Assembly: GCA_964016885.1 (NCBI GenBank)
Contig: OZ024742.1
Span: 363,506,001 to 363,570,000, forward strand
DNA length: 64,000 nt
DNA from: Eledone cirrhosa
Lineage: Eukaryota
Direction: 5' to 3'
Part shown: piece by piece, positions 53,790 to 64,000 of the stretch
How the letters are laid out: each line of letters opens with the position of its first letter
How positions within the stretch are numbered: position 1 is the stretch's first letter
Translations under genes and position numbers: made by a program
Notes under the pieces: model-generated
What the model saw: the letters and a program-made list of their open reading frames with translations, nothing else
Database searches by the model: none
What the model was told of the DNA's origin: nothing

Positions 53790-54742
53790 TTTAGCGGCTT
53801 CCAGCATACATTAGTAATCTTCTTTGGCTTCTTAATATTCTTTACTAGATATTTTGTCTTAATCTCATTCATTCTCAGCCCCACACTCATCGACACAGTC
53901 TCCACCTCCTGCATCAAATACTCTGTCTCCTTCACTGTGTTTGTCACCAAAACTATGTCGTCGGCAAATTCAGCATCCGATATCTTTTTTTCCTTAACTC
54001 TCCTGCTCTGAGCCGGTGCTACAGTAAAGGCAGAGTCCTGGTGTTTCTCCAGCGCAAGGCGCATACAATAGTCCACTACGATGATAAAAAGGTAGGGTGC
54101 CAATGTATCTCCCTGTAGCACGCCAGCCAGTAGCTCAAAGAACTCAGTCATCCCGTCAGGTGTAATGACTTGGGGTTTGGTGTTGGTATAGAGTAGTGAT
54201 ATCAGGTCCACTAGCTTCTTGGGGATTCTATAAGCCTGTAAGATCGGTGTGGAAGTCGGATCTTCGTGAAAGACCTGAAGATCCGCCTCTTCGTTGCTGT
54301 AGTGGAGTCTGTGCTGCTGTACTCTGACCAACAAACAGAGAACTGGATACTGAACTGGAAACTGAGACTTAGACACTGACCAAGAAACTCACTCAGATGG
54401 TGGATGGGTGCTACACGAGAATGCTGAGGATGGCTCTGAACATTAATCAGTATACACTGAGGATGAAGAACTCAGAGCTGTACGAAGCCTCACAAAAGTC
54501 AGCTCAAAAGTGACAGGGAGGAGACAGAGGTTAGCTGAACATGCTCACCGACATCCAGAGTTGACACTGCGCTCAGTGCTCCTGTGGGAGCCCCTGCATG
54601 GACACACTGGAAGAGGAAGACCGAAGTTAACATATGTTGATGCCCTAAGGACAGATACTGGTCTGTTGGAGACGCAGGACATAGCAGCAACAATGAGGGA
54701 CAGAGACTGCTGGAGAGAACTCGTTCATGGATCTCGGTAATG
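53790..54742. mobile_element. RTE-like LINE with inverted 5' part (RT on minus 53790-54243; 3' end on plus 54240-54742)
   Basis: Minus strand: GVLQGDTLAPYLFII...FADD. Plus strand: LKIRLFVAVVESVLLY...[13 protein letters not shown]...DRDCW. Confidence 0.8.
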
Positions 54743-54770
54743 TTACCCGCACTACATATATATATACATG

Positions 54771-57992
<3,222 letters not shown>

Positions 57993-58024
57993 TATATATA
58001 TATACATATATATGTATATATATA

Positions 58025-58115
<91 letters not shown>

Positions 58116-58117
<2 letters not shown>

Positions 58118-58467
58118 CTTTACTGTAGCACCGGCTCAGAGTAGGTGAGTTAAGGCGAAAAAGGTATCAGATGCTGAATTTGCCGACGACATAGTTTTGG
58201 TGACAAATACAGTGACGGAGGCAGAGGATTTGATGCGGGAGGTTGAGACTGTGTCGATGAGTGTGGGGGTGAGAACGAATGAGACTAAAACAAAATATCT
58301 GGTAGAGAATGTTGAGAAGCCAGAGCGGATCACTAATGTAGGCTGGAAGCCGCTAGAATTGGTTGAGGACGTCCTGTATTTGGGAGTAAAGATTGGGAAT
58401 ACAGAAGATGATGTGGTTGAGAGGAAGAGCAAAGCCTGGGCGGCGTGCCACAGCTTGAGATCGGTGT
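58116..58467 (+). mobile_element. RTE-like LINE RT fragment, same family as 53790-54742
   Basis: FADDIVLV...KTKY...YLG...[12 protein letters not shown]. Confidence 0.8.
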
Positions 58468-58483
58468 ATGTATATATGTATGC

Positions 58484-58576
<93 letters not shown>

Positions 58577-58624
58577 CATACATATATACATACACCGATC
58601 TCAAGCCGTATGTATATATGTATG

Positions 58625-59400
<776 letters not shown>

Positions 59401-59643
59401 TCTGTTCCCCCCTTTCTCTATGTATGTATATATTCATACATCATATAGTTATATAGGATTTAGATATATGTGTCAAACTTAACACACCTCCAGCGATCTA
59501 ATCTGACGCATTTTTACAGGTAATCCCAACGACCTAATCCACTCTGTATATACACATATATATTTATACGTACACACACATATACATACATATATATATA
59601 CATACGTACAAACACCACATACACACACACATATATAATATAT

Positions 59644-59745
<102 letters not shown>

Positions 59746-59756
59746 ATATATACATG

Positions 59757-59813
<57 letters not shown>

Positions 59814-60174
59814 ATATGTGTGTGTGTCTGCGTGTATACATATATGAATATATATGAGTATATATATGTGTATTTATCAATAAAAACTGCTGAATATGCG
59901 TGTCTGTTACACATTGATTTATGCATTATTTATGTAGAATCACACGCAATCACGAACACATACAGATACATATCTATTTTCAAACCCGTTCATACAAACA
60001 CACATATGCCTATATATATATATATATATTGTTATTATTTTTAAAGAATATATATACTTTTTAAAGAATTCCCTTTTCTTTAAACCCATCAAACAATGAC
60101 CTCCACCCATCCCAATCACCACCCTCTCCTACAACCAGAAAAGATATAAACACCACCATATTACTTGGACAGTC

Positions 60175-60225
60175 AGCTTCCTGGTGATTTCTCCCGAATG
60201 AAACAGTTCTAGTCCTGTAGAAGCT
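60175..60225 (+). ncRNA. Type I hammerhead motif with full helix III and A6G core change
   Basis: agcttc-CTGGTGA-t-ttc-tccc-gaa-t-GAAA-cag-ttctagtc-ctg-TA-gaagct. Confidence 0.65.
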
Positions 60226-60717
60226 TCTCTCTATTAAATATTTATACTCTGCTTTGTATTGAGTACGTTACTTACTGTGGTTACCCCCGATTGAACCCGG
60301 GATAAACTTATATATATATATACATACATGATATATTGGATTACCCAACGTGTCTATTTAGTAAATAAATTGAGAAAACATTCAATACATGTATAATAAA
60401 AGAGAAACGTTTCATTTGACTTTTGGTTCATATGAGATGTCATAAGGCATTTTAGATATAAAAGGTGAGCTTTCAGACCTCGTGTGTAGATATACGATAT
60501 ACACCATATATATATATACATATATATATATACATATATACATATATATCACGATAGATTAACGGAGCCATAGACTCTCGCCATTCCCTGTAAATAATGT
60601 GCTCAAAGGAGAGGAAATCCTGAGCTCTTTAAAATACAATATGTTGAAAAGGTAACACACTAGAGAGAGATACAGTGCGCTATCAATAAAACAGGGAAAA
60701 ACCACCAGTGTATGGAT

Positions 60718-60847
<130 letters not shown>

Positions 60848-60950
60848 AATACATATATATTGTTGTTACATCGGTGTTACAAAAGAAAAGGGAATCAGTG
60901 CTCAATCGGGAGCAGAGCTAATAAATTATTTATGTTCATACACGGAACAG

Positions 60951-61039
60951 AAGATATACCTGAGGTTTCAACGGACAATATTGACCATATATCTAAAATA
61001 TAATAGGGACCAAATTTGTGACGTATTCTTCAGACACTT
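60951..61039 (-). ncRNA. Hammerhead-like motif with extended helix II of about 57 nt
   Basis: CTGAAGA-atacgtcacaaatttggtc...ggtcaatattgtccgtt-GAAA-cctcagg-TA. Helix I is poorly paired. Confidence 0.45.
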
Positions 61040-61060
61040 ATGTGAGATTACACGCACACT

Positions 61061-61116
<56 letters not shown>

Positions 61117-61417
61117 GATACACCCACACTAACACACACATACACACCCATACAGCCACACTCACACACACACATACACACACACCGACACTCACACACA
61201 CATACACACACCCACACCCACACTCACTCCACCACACACACACATATATATATATATATTATTTTTCTAAATGTTTGTGCGTGTGAGAATATGTATATCT
61301 CTATCTATATATATGTATTTATATATATATATTATTAAAGTTAGTCCTTCATCAGTGATCTTCCAACCATCATTGGTATATATATATATTTATATATATA
61401 TATATATAGATATATCT

Positions 61418-61520
<103 letters not shown>

Positions 61521-61676
61521 TAAAGAAAAAAAGATGAAATCGAAAATGCAACTGGAGTCTTATTTTTTTTTTAAATATATATATTTATTTGGTTCCTTTA
61601 CCGGTTTCGCAGTTCTTCTGCTTTTCAAAAGTAGAGTTGAGATGGAGGGTCTGTGGTTTTTCTCACATCTGTATAT

Positions 61677-61761
<85 letters not shown>

Positions 61762-61764
61762 TAG

Positions 61765-62277
61765 ATAAATCTACCAAAATGTACGGTAGTGTCCAATCCG
61801 TATAAAGAACTCAATGTAATCCGAATATCATGAAAAGAGATGTATTCAAAAAATTTTTTTCAGATGAAAAATACAGGAAAACAGAGTCAAGATAAATTAA
61901 TAAAAATAATGAATAAAAACAAAGAAACAGTTCCTTATATTAAAAAATTCATCATTTTACGATCGTTTCTAGGATATATATGTTTGTGTTGGTATGTATA
62001 TCATATAGATCTATGTAAAATGTTTACAAACTATCAGAGGGAATATACATACCTACACATATATATGCTGTCTTCAGAAATAATGAAGACATTATTTCTG
62101 AAGACAGCATATATATGTGTAGGTATGTATATTCCCTCTGATAGTTTGTAAACATTTTACATAGATCTATATGATATACATACCAACACAAACATATATA
62201 TCCTAGAAACGATCGTAAAATGATGAATTTTTTAATATAAGGAACTGTTTCTTTGTGTTTATTCATTACTTTTATTA

Positions 62278-62281
<4 letters not shown>
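61765..62281. mobile_element. Fold-back cassette (arms about 61895-62085 and 62090-62281, 4-nt loop) with long-helix-II HHRs on both strands
   Basis: Near-perfect palindrome with a tail at 61765-61894. Related pieces lie at 62360-62700 and 23204-23285. Confidence 0.85.
62090..62225 (+). ncRNA. Type I hammerhead ribozyme with about 100-nt helix II
   Basis: cattattt-CTGAAGA-[62105-62205 hairpin atatatatgtgtaggtatgtatat...atatacataccaacacaaacatatatat]-GAAA-cgatcg-TA-aaatgatg. Confidence 0.7.
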
Positions 62282-62362
<81 letters not shown>

Positions 62363-62639
62363 GATAAATCTACCAAAAGTTTACGGTAGTGTCCAATCCG
62401 TATGAAGAACTCAATGTAATCCGGATATCATGAAAAGAGAAGATGCATTCAAAAACTATTTTCGGCGAAAACTAAACGGAAAACAGAGTCAAGATAAATT
62501 AATAAAATAATGAATAAACAAAGAAACAGTTCCTTATATTAAAAATTTTTTTTTTTAATATAAGGATCTGTTTCTTTGTTTATTCATTATTTTATTAATT
62601 TATATATATATATATATATATATATTCATTATGTTATTA

Positions 62640-62682
<43 letters not shown>

Positions 62683-62693
62683 TTATTTTATTA

Positions 62694-62727
<34 letters not shown>

Positions 62728-63128
62728 GCATACTATATATAGATGCACACCAAGGCACATACACATACACACATATATATATGAACACAACACACTCATT
62801 CTCAGATGTACAAATGCCTATGGATTAAGAGAGGGTCTCGACGCCGAGACTTCTCAACTCCCAAGTATCGTTAGTTTGATAATTCTCGACCTTTGAACAA
62901 TTGTCAGTCCACGTGCTTCCATCTCTTCCTGTCTGCCCGAATAACCGCTCAAATATTACATCTAGCTGTGTTTATTCTATAGTTAAAGAGAAGAAACATT
63001 GTGCTCTCCTCAATATTTTACGCTGAGTATTCGAACCCAAGTCCTCAGGATTTGTAAGGAAACCTATTAACCATTCAGCTAAGGAACTGATTACGTCCAT
63101 ACAAACACATTATTTCTGCAAAGAGATA

Positions 63129-63317
63129 TAATTGTTTCTACTTTTGGCGCAAGGGCAGCAATTAAACCAGTGTATTACTGGTACTTTATTTTATCGACCC
63201 CGTAAGGATGAAAGGCAAAGTTAACCTCAGCGGGATTTGAACTCAGTCCGTAAAGGGACGTAACTGTGCCGCAAAGCATGGCGTACGACCCTCTACCGAT
63301 ACTGCCAATCCACCGCC
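63129..63317 (-). mobile_element. tRNA-derived SINE
   Basis: Reverse complement of the 5107 family. Confidence 0.9.
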
Positions 63318-63435
63318 CTAGCCAAATACATGTATACACATAATGTATATGTATACATGAAACTCACTTGATACATTCTTACATATATACAGATATGTAT
63401 TTACACAGCAAATGATGATACACACAAACACACCA

Positions 63436-63517
<82 letters not shown>

Positions 63518-63654
63518 ACACACACACGCATACACACACACACACACACACGCACACACACACACAGACACACACACACACATGCCACTATAATCATACA
63601 TACAGATAGTATTTAGCTCGTATGTTTCAACTATGGCTACACAGTGTCATATGT

Positions 63655-63790
63655 AGAGACACAAACACACGCTTACACATGCCTAACCACAGAGACACAA
63701 ACACACGCTTACACATGCCTAACCACAGAGACACAAACACACGCTTACACATGCCTAACCACAGAGACACAAACACACGCTTACACATGC
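63655..63790. repeat. 36-bp minisatellite, about 3.8 perfect units
   Basis: agagacacaaacacacgcttacacatgcctaaccac repeated. Confidence 0.9.
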
Positions 63791-63935
63791 ATAAATGTAT
63801 ACAAAATGAAACAAATATATACACACACAGAAACGCCCAAATATATATATATATATATATTACCCATCTACTACCCTAAGTATTGAGTACTCTGGTGCGT
63901 TATGGTCCACCTGGTTCCTTACCACATTTCCTTCG

Positions 63936-63971
<36 letters not shown>

Positions 63972-64000
63972 TTCTGGCAGGAGTGTGTAGATGTCCAACA

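Noticed and set aside
58116-58356. G/A-biased differences against the 53790-54030 copy as an ADAR or deaminase footprint
   Set aside because: Eleven of 27 differences are G versus A. The strand is purine-rich and the other copy is AT-shifted overall, so ordinary decay is sufficient without a consensus to polarise the changes.
62995-63090. tRNA gene candidates (also 14680-14758 and the SINE heads)
   Set aside because: Only A/B-box-like motifs are present, without a complete cloverleaf. They are consistent with SINE heads.
63655-63790. 36-bp repeats as a CRISPR-like array
   Set aside because: The units are contiguous with no unique spacers, in a eukaryotic context. This is an ordinary minisatellite.

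Overview
This is AT-rich, microsatellite-saturated eukaryotic DNA. The SINE family and the (TA)n/(CA)n/(ATT)n load point to a coleoid cephalopod, probably an octopus (inference). I found no host protein-coding exon, rRNA, true tRNA or CRISPR array, and most ORFs in the track are translated microsatellites. The window is a transposon graveyard: a mariner remnant, a Helitron 3' end, CRE-, RTE-, R4/Dong- and Tx1/L1-type LINEs, tRNA-headed SINEs, and many Penelope-like element (PLE) fragments. Two higher-order patterns stand out. (1) At least ten sequence-unrelated PLE-type termini carry type I hammerhead ribozyme (HHR) motifs. Some are unusual: a U3-A8 core, a U.U pair closing helix II, and helix II arms of about 57 and 100 nt. 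Many sit in fold-back cassettes embedded in (TA)n, with an HHR on each strand and a one-sided tail. (2) At 33-48 kb, Tx1-like (APE) and R4/Dong-like (RLE) LINEs are stacked in (ATT)n in strictly opposite orientations. All coordinates were read by eye, and nothing was folded or searched computationally.
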